Part shown: piece by piece, positions 11,496 through 21,745 of the stretch
Layout: each line of letters starts with the position of its first letter
Position numbering within the stretch: position 1 is the first letter of the stretch
Sequence record: MZ422438.1
Reading direction: 5' to 3' (one strand)
DNA: 64,000 nt
Translations under genes and position numbers: made by a program
The notes under the pieces: generated by a model
The model's database searches: none
What the model saw: only the letters and a program-made list of their open reading frames with translations
Told to the model about the DNA's origin: nothing

Positions 11496-11900
11496 CTAAA
11501 AGGGTCTTGGTATTAATCTAAATTCCTTAATATCTTCTTCAGTATTAAGATTAAATTCAATTTCCCACTTATTTTTATTTAATATTTTTCGAATATTATA
11601 GTCAAAAAAGAATTCGGCAGTATCTATAAAATTTCCTAAAATACTTGTTCTAAAGTTATACGTAAAAGATTTTCCAATAATAATCTTTTGATTTATACTG
11701 GTCGGTATTTTCCAAATTCCATTGATATCAATTCTGAAAAGATTATCTGGATCATAGTAAATATTAGAAAAATAATCTAATATTGTTTTAATATCACCTA
11801 TATTTCTATTATAAGGAATAATGCTTTTCTTAGTTTTCTTATGGATAATTTTTAATATACCGTCATAATTTTTTGTTTCCATAAGCGACATGCCTTTCAA
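11496..11900 (-). CDS. Hypothetical protein
   Basis: 134-aa ORF in a co-oriented operon. Confidence 0.6.
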   Translation of the reverse strand: MKGMSLMETKNYDGILKIIHKKTKKSIIPYNRNIGDIKTILDYFSNIYYDPDNLFRIDINGIWKIPTSINQKIIIGKSFTYNFRTSILGNFIDTAEFFFDYNIRKILNKNKWEIEFNLNTEEDIKEFRLIPRPF

Positions 11901-11909
11901 TTAATTTTA

Positions 11910-12608
11910 TTAATAATTTATTTTTGAAAACTGATTTTTTAGATATAAATTTATTCTAATATTAGAGTTTTGTATTGAATGAGTTAGATCTATGATATTC
12001 TCATTACTATTACCAGAATTATTTAGTACATTTATAATTCTTAGTAAGTTTTGTTGACTTTCAGGAGTTACCTTCATACTCATATCATTAATTATATTAT
12101 AATCTAAACTTTCTTTTGACATATTAATATCAATAGAATCAATAATATTAATATTTTCTAAAGATATATCTTTCATTCTTTTATTATCCTCAATATCCGA
12201 TATAATATAACTAAGATAGAATATTGTCCGTAGTTGATTTATTCGGTAAGTATTTTTATAATGAATGTTTGGATACGTTATCATGAATGGTGGTTCAATC
12301 TTATCTTTATATTTAACATTATTATTGAATATTTCATCAATCTTATAAACAATATCCTGATACATTCCCCTATACATTATGTCTTTATTGTAACAAACAC
12401 TGGAATAGTATACTAAATATACATTTATAATTAAAAACGAAAAAATATTTATCATTAGAAACATTTTTATTTCATGAATATTATAATAATTTATAAATGT
12501 ACTAAAATTAAAAGATACTAGTAGTATACAAGTATTAATAGCTACTAGGTATAAAGGATTCTTATAAATAATCTTACCAATAGTAATAAATTTATATTTC
12601 TTTAACAA
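11910..12608 (-). CDS. Hypothetical membrane protein (2 N-terminal TM segments)
   Basis: Hydrophobic N-terminal stretches; operon context. Confidence 0.6.
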   Translation of the reverse strand: MLKKYKFITIGKIIYKNPLYLVAINTCILLVSFNFSTFINYYNIHEIKMFLMINIFSFLIINVYLVYYSSVCYNKDIMYRGMYQDIVYKIDEIFNNNVKYKDKIEPPFMITYPNIHYKNTYRINQLRTIFYLSYIISDIEDNKRMKDISLENINIIDSIDINMSKESLDYNIINDMSMKVTPESQQNLLRIINVLNNSGNSNENIIDLTHSIQNSNIRINLYLKNQFSKINY

Positions 12609-12687
12609 TTTAGATCACTTCCATTTCTTTATATGACGTGAATATATTATTGTATAGAAAAAATATAAATGTACAATAAATATTATA

Positions 12688-12733
12688 GTGCAGGTAGTTA
12701 TATCTATAATAAAATAAATATAACTACCTACAC
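12688..12733 (-). terminator. Hairpin downstream of the HU-like gene
   Basis: 15-bp stem whose single mismatch is a U-G wobble only in the minus-strand RNA. Confidence 0.6.
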
Positions 12734-12771
12734 TGATTCCCCGATTTAACTAATACAATAATAAAAAATTG

Positions 12772-13617
12772 TTATTGTTGTCTATGTTGTTTGTATTTCT
12801 CTTCAAACTCAGAAGTGTATGATTCATTTAGTTTGGAGATATCATAATCTTTACCGTCATCTCCAGTGAACGTACCATCCCCATTATCTGTTCCACGAAT
12901 CTTATCATAATTCATTACGCTTGCAAACATACGAGTTCCTGGCATACACAATGTTTCAGTTTCACGGACTTTACCAATATGAGCATTTGTTTTCTTACGT
13001 GAAAATCCAGTAGAACCTACACGAACTCTTAGTCCATTTTTAAGAGTCTCATCTAAGATATCCCCAAAGGCGGTAATCATATCAAATACTTTTCGTTTAG
13101 AAAGATCATCTTCACTAAAAGATCCATCAGCAATCAGTTTATCATAAAGAAGATTTACTTGATCGTCCTTAATCAACATATCTAATTTTTCACCACTATC
13201 TGTCTTTTGATCAATAAGTTTATTAAGAGTTAGATATTCACGAGATTCTTTTGGTTTCTCTTCTTTTTTCTTTTTAGATTCTTTTTTAGGTTTATCCTCT
13301 TTTTTATCTTTTGTTGAATCTTTCTTGACTGATTTAGTAGTTTTAGATTTTTCTTTAGGTTCAACTTTTTCTTTATTAACTACTTCTTCTGAAGAAATCT
13401 TAGTAGGTTCACTTTCTTCACTAGTTTTTACCACTGGTTTAACAACACGTTTCTTGGGTGTTTCTTCTTTAGCTTTACTTTTTACCACTGGAACTACTTT
13501 TTTATTAAGTTCAACTTTTTCTTCACTAACTGCTTCTTCTGAAGAAGGTTTAACTGTACTCTTTCTTACTGCTCTTTTTACCATAGGACGAACGACTTTC
13601 TTCTTTTCTTCTGCCAT
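12772..13617 (-). CDS. HU/IHF-like DNA-binding protein with a long Lys/Glu-rich N-terminal extension
   Basis: C-part KRKVFDMITAFGDILDETLKNGLRVRVGSTGFSRK..AHIGKVRETETLCMPG follows the HU fold pattern; the first ~125 aa are K/E/V/P low-complexity. Confidence 0.6.
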   Translation of the reverse strand: MAEEKKKVVRPMVKRAVRKSTVKPSSEEAVSEEKVELNKKVVPVVKSKAKEETPKKRVVKPVVKTSEESEPTKISSEEVVNKEKVEPKEKSKTTKSVKKDSTKDKKEDKPKKESKKKKEEKPKESREYLTLNKLIDQKTDSGEKLDMLIKDDQVNLLYDKLIADGSFSEDDLSKRKVFDMITAFGDILDETLKNGLRVRVGSTGFSRKKTNAHIGKVRETETLCMPGTRMFASVMNYDKIRGTDNGDGTFTGDDGKDYDISKLNESYTSEFEEKYKQHRQQ

Positions 13618-14670
<1,053 letters not shown>

Positions 14671-17600
14671 TTGTTATATATCAGTGACCTAAAGAAGTAT
14701 AGATTATATAAAGGTAATAAGCTTAATGGTATTAATAAGTTAAGTGAAAATAAAGATCCAAATAAAGGTCAATTAATATTACATTTAGGAAATAATGATA
14801 CAGATATTATCAGTTTCTTTAATTCAAGAATATTTAAGAATAATCTATTCAAAAGTTATTCTACAGCTAGAAGATATAGAACTAATAATAAACGAAAAAT
14901 GTATATTAAAGATCTTAAAGAACATTTTGCAAAGATAAAGAAAGAAACAAAAGTTACATTATTTACTAAAGTAAATTATAAACAGTTTAAGGGTAATAAC
15001 TTAGTATATGATATTACAGATCAATATAATATTGAAATTGAATCAATTAATAATAAAAAGAATGGTTTAATGGTTTCTAATAACTTTATAAAGTTATTAG
15101 AAAAATCTCTGTTGGAAGAATATGATGATACAGTATTATTAATTAATATGAATACATTGAACGTAGATATGGATGATATATTCAATATTACTAAGTCTAC
15201 TCATCCACTAACAGTTATTGATTTTATTATTAAAAAGAAATTGGATATTAGTAACTTAATTGACAAGAATATAACAATTGTTGTATTTAATCCTAATAAC
15301 AGATTATTTTATAGTTATCCATTAACTACAGAATTATATCCTAAAAGACAGATCATCAATCAAAGATCTAAATCACTAATTAATTTGGAAGTTAATGAAA
15401 TTGAAAGCAATGATGAGATGAGTAATATTCCAGACATTAATGATATTGATGATGCTAAAAGACAACTAGGTAATAATATGAGGTTAGGTCGATTAAGGTC
15501 TAGAAGTAAGATACCTGTTAGTATAGACAATTCTGAAGTAAGTAATAATTCTTCACAAGAAGACTCAATAACAACTAAAAAATTAGATGATATTGATAAA
15601 GCTAATGAAATAAATGATAAGGTTGAAGAAATTATTACCCTTACTAGTGATAATACTTTATTATCTTCAGAAGCTAAAAAACAATTATATACAATAGCTC
15701 AAGATGAAATTAAAAATAATAAAGATTTAGTTAAGATGGATAGTGCTAAAGTTGTCTCTATTCTTAATCGTAATGAAGAATTCAATAGAATAGTTTCAAT
15801 GTCTTATAGATCATTTAATATTGGTGGATCGAACGCAAAAGAGCTTGCAAGAACAGCAGCACTACAAAAAAGACAGAATGAAATCCTTAATGATAAAAAT
15901 ATTTCGAATGTATTAGCTCATGCAAATGATAAAATGATTGATAAAGGAATTATTAAATCAAATAATATTAATGATGAAACATTATCAGAACTTTCTGTAA
16001 ACTCTTTTGATAAGAGTTACATTGAGAAACAATTTAATGCCGATATTATTAATGTGTTAAAATCATTTAACGATAATGAGGATATTAGCGTATTCATCTC
16101 AGACATATCTTCTGAAGACTCTTCAGACTTTCAGACAAAGAAAACTACATTAAACGTTAAGCTTAAAGATACTAAAGGCATTAATCATAAACTATCATTA
16201 GATATTCCTAAGATATATAACGGTAGATATATGATGGTTAACGGTAGTAAAAAAATACTAACAAAACAGTTACTGTTAAAACCTGTAGTAAAAACTGCAC
16301 CGGACACAGTACAAATAACTACTAACTACAATAAAATGTTTGTTAAGAGATTTGGTAGAAAAGATACTCCAATGTTAGCTTCTATCAAAGAAATCTTTAA
16401 TAAATTTAAAATTGAAGATCATCTTCTTTCTGGTAAAAACATTAAATATTCTTTAGGTAATTCATTATTAGTTAACTCAAAATATCTAACTTCAGTAGAA
16501 TACAATAATATTTCTAATTATTTACTAAGCTTTAGTTCTGGTAAAGATTATTACAATTTTAACCAAAAGTTATTATTAGAATTCATTGATAATGATGATA
16601 AACTTAATTCACTAGAATATGATTCTACGTTATATTTCCCAGTAGGATATACTTCAGATAAAAGTAAACTTATCTTAGCAAATTTTAAAGATTATCACGT
16701 TTATTATAAAGGTGCAACTAATAATTATGAATTTGTAGAAGAAAGTTTAAGTAGAATGATATTACTAAATATTTTGATGAATGTTGATGATGAGGTTGCT
16801 AAGTTTATTGATAAGGGAATTAAAGCAAATGATAAACTAACATATACACGAGTAAATATCATTAATAAAACAATTCCTCTAATAATATTATTGTCATATG
16901 AGAATGGATTAATCAATACATTGAATCGATATAATATTGACTTTGAAGTATTAGATTCCAATCCTAAACTAAAGATTACTGATAATAAAGTTAAACTTAA
17001 ATTTAAGGATAAATATTTGGTATATGATAATACACTAATAAGAAATTCATTATTATTGTCAGGTCTTCATATAATGGATATTAATGAATATAACTTAGAT
17101 GAAATGGAAACCAAAGAACCATATTTAGATTTATTCCAAGAATTGTTTAATAGTCGGAATGTAGCTAAAGGTATTCATAATGCATTATCTCTCGCTATTG
17201 ATCCTATCACCAAAGAAGTTTTAGAAGATCTGGGATTACCAACTAATATATTTGATGTCTTATTGTATTCAAATACATTATTAGAAGATATGTCTTATAA
17301 TACTCCTAATGATATGAATGTCTATCGAATTCGTGGGGCAGAGCAAATCTCTGGTATGATTTATAAGATAATTGCTGAATCATACAAGAACTATAAGGAT
17401 TCTCTAAATTCAAGAAATAGTGCTACTAGAATTACTGTACCAAAGGACATTCTTATAAAGACTCTTATGGAGAGTCATACGGTAGAGGAAAATTCTGAAT
17501 TAAACCCAACATTAGAAGTTGAAGTTAGTGGTAAAGTATCTTATAAAGGACCAAATGGTCTTAACTTAAGTCAAGGTTATACTCCTGCAGTTCGTTCATA

Positions 17601-18981
17601 TGACCGTTCTATGAAAGGAATATTGTCGATGATATCACCAGACAGTAGTAAGATTGGTGAAGTTCGTCAATTAAGTTATAATCCTGCAATAGTTAGTACT
17701 CGTGGATATTTAGATGTAGATGCTTTAAACGGTAATGAATCTACAAGCCTATATTCTCCTTCTGAACTTTTAAATAACTTTACAAGCTTACATGCTGATC
17801 CACCACGTATATCTATGCAAGTAACTCAACAAAAACATTTACTAACAACAAGAGTCAATAGTAAACCGCTTATCGGTACTGGTGTAGAAAAATCATTAGC
17901 ATATCAAATATCTGATACTTTTGCTACTAAAGCTAAATATGATGGTAAAGTAGATAAGATAGATACTGTTAATAATTTAATGATGGTTTCTTACGATAAC
18001 GGTAAAAAAGATATCATTGATATTGGAGTTGTAATGAATAAAAACTCCGGTGGAGGATTCTTTTTAGCACAATCTAAAGATATTATGTTTAAAGAAGGTC
18101 AAAAGTTCAAGAATGGAGAAATTCTTGCAAAGAATCCTAACTTCTTTATTGGTGATAAGCAAGGTGAAATATCATATGCTATTGGTAAACTTTCTAAAGT
18201 AGCTTTAGCTCCATTAGACGGAACTTATGAAGATAGTTCTATGATATCATCATCTATGTCAGAGGATATGACTTCTAAAATTACAATGAAAAAAGATTTA
18301 GTGTTAGGTACTTCGGCAAACTTATCTTATATTGTAAAAGAAGGTCAAAACGTTAAGACTGGAGATTCATTAGCTGTATTTGAAAATGAATTTGATGATG
18401 ATTCTATAAATCAGCTATTAAATACTATTGGTGATAAATTTGAAGAAGAAATCCAAGAAATATCTAATAAAGTTGTAAAATCAAAGTATACTGGGGTAGT
18501 CCAGAAGATTAATATTTATTATAATCGAGAGATTGATGAATTTTCTTCTTCATTACAAAAGTTAATTAAAGCTTATATTTCTAAATATGAAAAGAAAAAT
18601 AAGATAATCTCAGATTATATGAAAGATAGCGATATTGATATATCATATGATATGAATATTCCTAGTATTACTAAAATGGATTCAGATAAGATTAAGGGTA
18701 ATGATGTAGATGGATTATTAATTGAATTCTATATTGAATATGAGGATAATTTAAGTACTGGTGATAAAGTAACATATTATACGGCACTTAAAACGGTTAT
18801 ATCTGACGTATTCCCAGAAGGTGAAGAACCTTTTGCAGAATCAGACCCAGAAGAACATATTGAAGCAGTATTGTCTCCATTATCTGTTATTTCTCGTATG
18901 ACTCAAGACGTTTATCTAACATTATATACTAACAAAGCATTAATCAATCTGAAAAAACAAATTGGTGAAATGTTAAAATAA
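14671..18981 (+). CDS. Phage multisubunit RNA polymerase beta subunit (probably virion RNAP)
   Basis: KVSYKGPNGL, PDSSKIGEVRQL, HADPPRISMQVTQQKH, GDKVTYYTALKTVIS and VLSPLSVISRMT align with RpoB conserved blocks; late promoter at 14615. Confidence 0.9.
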   Translation: MLYISDLKKYRLYKGNKLNGINKLSENKDPNKGQLILHLGNNDTDIISFFNSRIFKNNLFKSYSTARRYRTNNKRKMYIKDLKEHFAKIKKETKVTLFTKVNYKQFKGNNLVYDITDQYNIEIESINNKKNGLMVSNNFIKLLEKSLLEEYDDTVLLINMNTLNVDMDDIFNITKSTHPLTVIDFIIKKKLDISNLIDKNITIVVFNPNNRLFYSYPLTTELYPKRQIINQRSKSLINLEVNEIESNDEMSNIPDINDIDDAKRQLGNNMRLGRLRSRSKIPVSIDNSEVSNNSSQEDSITTKKLDDIDKANEINDKVEEIITLTSDNTLLSSEAKKQLYTIAQDEIKNNKDLVKMDSAKVVSILNRNEEFNRIVSMSYRSFNIGGSNAKELARTAALQKRQNEILNDKNISNVLAHANDKMIDKGIIKSNNINDETLSELSVNSFDKSYIEKQFNADIINVLKSFNDNEDISVFISDISSEDSSDFQTKKTTLNVKLKDTKGINHKLSLDIPKIYNGRYMMVNGSKKILTKQLLLKPVVKTAPDTVQITTNYNKMFVKRFGRKDTPMLASIKEIFNKFKIEDHLLSGKNIKYSLGNSLLVNSKYLTSVEYNNISNYLLSFSSGKDYYNFNQKLLLEFIDNDDKLNSLEYDSTLYFPVGYTSDKSKLILANFKDYHVYYKGATNNYEFVEESLSRMILLNILMNVDDEVAKFIDKGIKANDKLTYTRVNIINKTIPLIILLSYENGLINTLNRYNIDFEVLDSNPKLKITDNKVKLKFKDKYLVYDNTLIRNSLLLSGLHIMDINEYNLDEMETKEPYLDLFQELFNSRNVAKGIHNALSLAIDPITKEVLEDLGLPTNIFDVLLYSNTLLEDMSYNTPNDMNVYRIRGAEQISGMIYKIIAESYKNYKDSLNSRNSATRITVPKDILIKTLMESHTVEENSELNPTLEVEVSGKVSYKGPNGLNLSQGYTPAVRSYDRSMKGILSMISPDSSKIGEVRQLSYNPAIVSTRGYLDVDALNGNESTSLYSPSELLNNFTSLHADPPRISMQVTQQKHLLTTRVNSKPLIGTGVEKSLAYQISDTFATKAKYDGKVDKIDTVNNLMMVSYDNGKKDIIDIGVVMNKNSGGGFFLAQSKDIMFKEGQKFKNGEILAKNPNFFIGDKQGEISYAIGKLSKVALAPLDGTYEDSSMISSSMSEDMTSKITMKKDLVLGTSANLSYIVKEGQNVKTGDSLAVFENEFDDDSINQLLNTIGDKFEEEIQEISNKVVKSKYTGVVQKINIYYNREIDEFSSSLQKLIKAYISKYEKKNKIISDYMKDSDIDISYDMNIPSITKMDSDKIKGNDVDGLLIEFYIEYEDNLSTGDKVTYYTALKTVISDVFPEGEEPFAESDPEEHIEAVLSPLSVISRMTQDVYLTLYTNKALINLKKQIGEMLK

Positions 18982-19010
18982 CTCACTCTTGAGAGAAACA
19001 TATTAATATT

Positions 19011-19049
19011 ATAGATGTGAAGGTTGCTTTGTGCAGCTTTCGCATCTAT
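19011..19049 (+). other. 17-bp RNA hairpin with three G-U pairs
   Basis: atagatgtgaaggttgc/gcagctttcgcatctat with a 5-nt loop, between the RNAP stop and the next gene. Confidence 0.6.
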
Positions 19050-19066
19050 AATTTCTATCAAGAAAG

Positions 19067-20341
19067 TTGGTGAAACTAGTGGGTAAGTTAGTATCAAATA
19101 ATAATAACGGGAATAATGTAAGTCCTATAGAAAAAGATATTGTAAATAACTATATAGGTAGTTATATTGAAGGTACTAGTGCATATAGTAAACTATTAGA
19201 AAATGCTCCCAATTTTGTTACCTATTACTCTAAAAATACTAGATCATCTAATGAAGATCCGGGTCTTGGAGGAACTGTTGAATACGTAGGTTCAGAATCT
19301 TCACTATTATATAACAAAATAAAGAATTTTCCAGTATTTTCCGTTAATGAAATAAATCCTACTTTTAATTTTGAAGAAGGCGTAGGACTGGATACTGAAT
19401 TAGAAAGTCAAGCAATAGTACTACCTAAAACTATTATACCTTTACCTGATGATTATTTGACATTTTCATATCATGAAAAAGGATATGAGTATTTTAAGAC
19501 ATATCGAATTAATAATGTTTCTACTTCTTCAATAGGTAGTAACACCTACTATTCAATAACTTTTATTAATGATCCTATAGATATAAGGATTCTTGAAGAA
19601 AGACAAGTAGATAAAACTTATAGATTTGTTTATGAAAATGTAGGTACTACTGATAAAGTAATTATAGAAGAAGATGACATATTATTAATTGATAAAATTG
19701 AAAAGATATGTGGAGATATTAATGAAAGATATATTAATAATTTCTACAATTCACAGTTAGGTATTTTATTATACGAAAATCTAGATGAAAGTTTATTATA
19801 TAGTCCTAATCTTCATTATTTTATAAATAAGAATCAGGTATTTATAAATAATCGAACTTTCATGAGAAACGTATATATAGAAGATATAACAAAAGTGAAG
19901 CTGAAAGATTATAACAAATCTTTATTTAGCATTATTGATAATGGTTATAATAACATTAATATGTCTTATCAATATATAACTAGGGTTTTGGAAAATAATA
20001 TTCTAAAGAAAACTAGGGGTCTTTATGTTGAAGATTTAGAAATTATTGGATCTAGTTGTAATATTAAAATTCCGAGAACTACGATTCATAATTATTTTTC
20101 AGTAGATATTAATGATTTGATAAATAACTATGATGGCGTAGACTCGTTAAATGGTATAGATGCGATAACATCAATTATAACAATTTATTTAGAACAACCA
20201 GAACAATTAAGTATTAATACGTTATTTAATTTAGTTTCTAAATTAAATTATGATGACTATTCAATCAGTAATTATTTCTTTATACCATGCGTATTATCCA
20301 TTATAAATATAATTACTAATAAAAATTACTATACATTCTGA
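19067..20341 (+). CDS. Putative virion structural protein
   Basis: 424-aa ORF behind the late promoter at 18997; true start may be GTG 19079. Confidence 0.6.
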   Translation: MVKLVGKLVSNNNNGNNVSPIEKDIVNNYIGSYIEGTSAYSKLLENAPNFVTYYSKNTRSSNEDPGLGGTVEYVGSESSLLYNKIKNFPVFSVNEINPTFNFEEGVGLDTELESQAIVLPKTIIPLPDDYLTFSYHEKGYEYFKTYRINNVSTSSIGSNTYYSITFINDPIDIRILEERQVDKTYRFVYENVGTTDKVIIEEDDILLIDKIEKICGDINERYINNFYNSQLGILLYENLDESLLYSPNLHYFINKNQVFINNRTFMRNVYIEDITKVKLKDYNKSLFSIIDNGYNNINMSYQYITRVLENNILKKTRGLYVEDLEIIGSSCNIKIPRTTIHNYFSVDINDLINNYDGVDSLNGIDAITSIITIYLEQPEQLSINTLFNLVSKLNYDDYSISNYFFIPCVLSIINIITNKNYYTF

Positions 20342-20374
20342 AGAAGTATAGAACTGAGAGGAACGTGAATATAA

Positions 20375-21100
20375 ATGTTTAAGAAAATAGAAGAAAAAAT
20401 CCATCAAAGAAATATGGAAGTTGAAGCTAGTAAAATTGTAAGTGAAGAATTAGAAGTTGTTGAACCAGAAGAAGAAAAAATTATTGCAGTACCTAATACT
20501 TCTGAAAACAATGAAGTTTTGGGTAATCCAGAACAAGATCCTGAAATTGGTCAATTTATCGATAGCACTGATGAATACGATGATGAAGAAGATGCATTGA
20601 TTGATGCTTTAGAAGATAAAAATGACGATGAAGGTTTAGACGGTATTGTTGATAAAGATAATGAAGAAAAACCTGTAGAAACTTCTGAAGTTACATTTAG
20701 TGAATCTAAAGATGATAAAAAAGAAGATAAGAAAGATGAGGACGAAAAAGAAGATTCTGAAGATGAAGACAACGATGAATCTGAGGAAGCTGAAGAAGAA
20801 GATGGTGATGATGAGTCTGAACTTGAAGAAGGAATCAGTTCCATGTTCTCTGGAATTTTTGACATCAATGAAGAAATTGAAGATGATACTAATAATATTT
20901 TAAATACACTAATCAGCGAAGAAGAAGATATCTTTATTAAAGATGAAGAAGACGAAAAAGATGATGAACCTATTGAAATTGATTTTATTGGTGATGATGA
21001 AAAAGATCAAGAAGATAAAGAAATCGAAGAATCTGATACTGATTATCTTAAAAAAGAATATCTAGGTGAAACAATACTTAATAAAATCTTCGACAAATAA
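20375..21100 (+). CDS. Highly acidic protein (scaffold/internal head protein-like)
   Basis: Very D/E-rich; AGAGGA RBS; several I/L-X-E motifs. Confidence 0.6.
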   Translation: MFKKIEEKIHQRNMEVEASKIVSEELEVVEPEEEKIIAVPNTSENNEVLGNPEQDPEIGQFIDSTDEYDDEEDALIDALEDKNDDEGLDGIVDKDNEEKPVETSEVTFSESKDDKKEDKKDEDEKEDSEDEDNDESEEAEEEDGDDESELEEGISSMFSGIFDINEEIEDDTNNILNTLISEEEDIFIKDEEDEKDDEPIEIDFIGDDEKDQEDKEIEESDTDYLKKEYLGETILNKIFDK

Positions 21101-21166
21101 TACTGTTAACATAATATTATTAAGGGTATATAAAATATAAATTATATAAAGGATGTGTATTTCAAA

Positions 21167-21649
21167 ATGCCAAAAGTTGTTATAAAAGATAATAAATTTG
21201 TATTTGGTTTAGGTAAAGGACCATTTAATAATCCAGTTGAGATTAGTGATGAACTTTTACGTAAATTAAAAATCTCTGGATATACGGTAATTGAAGTAAA
21301 TGATCGTCATATCGTATATGAAACTCCAAATAATGAAGAAAAAGCTGAAGAAGTTAAAGAAGATCCTAAAGAAGAACTACACCAAGAAGAAGAGTCTGAT
21401 GAATCCGTAGAAGCTACTGCAACTGAAGAAGAAAATAAAGACGAAGAACATCAAGAAGAATCTAATGAAGAAAAAACCGAATCATCTAAAGAATCTGATA
21501 ACGAAAAAGTTGAAGATGATAGTGATGAAGAAGATTTCAAATCAATGAAGGTTGATGAACTTAAAGAAATTCTAGAAGAACGTGGAATTGAATTCAAAGC
21601 TAATGATACTAAAAAAGTTCTCCTTTCAAAATTAGGTGTAAGTGAATAA
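21167..21649 (+). CDS. Small protein: conserved N-terminal module, acidic linker, C-terminal HeH/LEM-like helix-extension-helix
   Basis: ATG 21167 after AAAGGATGTG; C-terminus DFKSMKVDELKEILEERGIEFKANDTKKVLLSKL. Confidence 0.65.
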   Translation: MPKVVIKDNKFVFGLGKGPFNNPVEISDELLRKLKISGYTVIEVNDRHIVYETPNNEEKAEEVKEDPKEELHQEEESDESVEATATEEENKDEEHQEESNEEKTESSKESDNEKVEDDSDEEDFKSMKVDELKEILEERGIEFKANDTKKVLLSKLGVSE

Positions 21650-21667
21650 TATTTTTATATTATATTG

Positions 21668-21705
21668 ATAGGTCTACTTGTTGAAATTATAGCAAGTAGA
21701 CCTAT
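21668..21705 (+). terminator. Intrinsic terminator
   Basis: ataggtctacttg/caagtagacctat stem followed by T-run; argues against the track's 21665 start. Confidence 0.8.
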
Positions 21706-21745
21706 TTTTTTCGATTATTATAAGTTAGATAAGAGGTGTTTATGT

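Noticed and set aside
14671-18981. Host chromosomal rpoB or an integrated prophage
   Set aside because: The sequence is highly divergent, embedded among virion genes with split beta' pieces, and the window has no ribosomal or housekeeping synteny, integrase or att site.
21665-21745. Track start of the Ig protein at 21665
   Set aside because: It overlaps a terminator hairpin; GTG 21746 has an RBS and aligns with the N-terminus of the upstream paralog.
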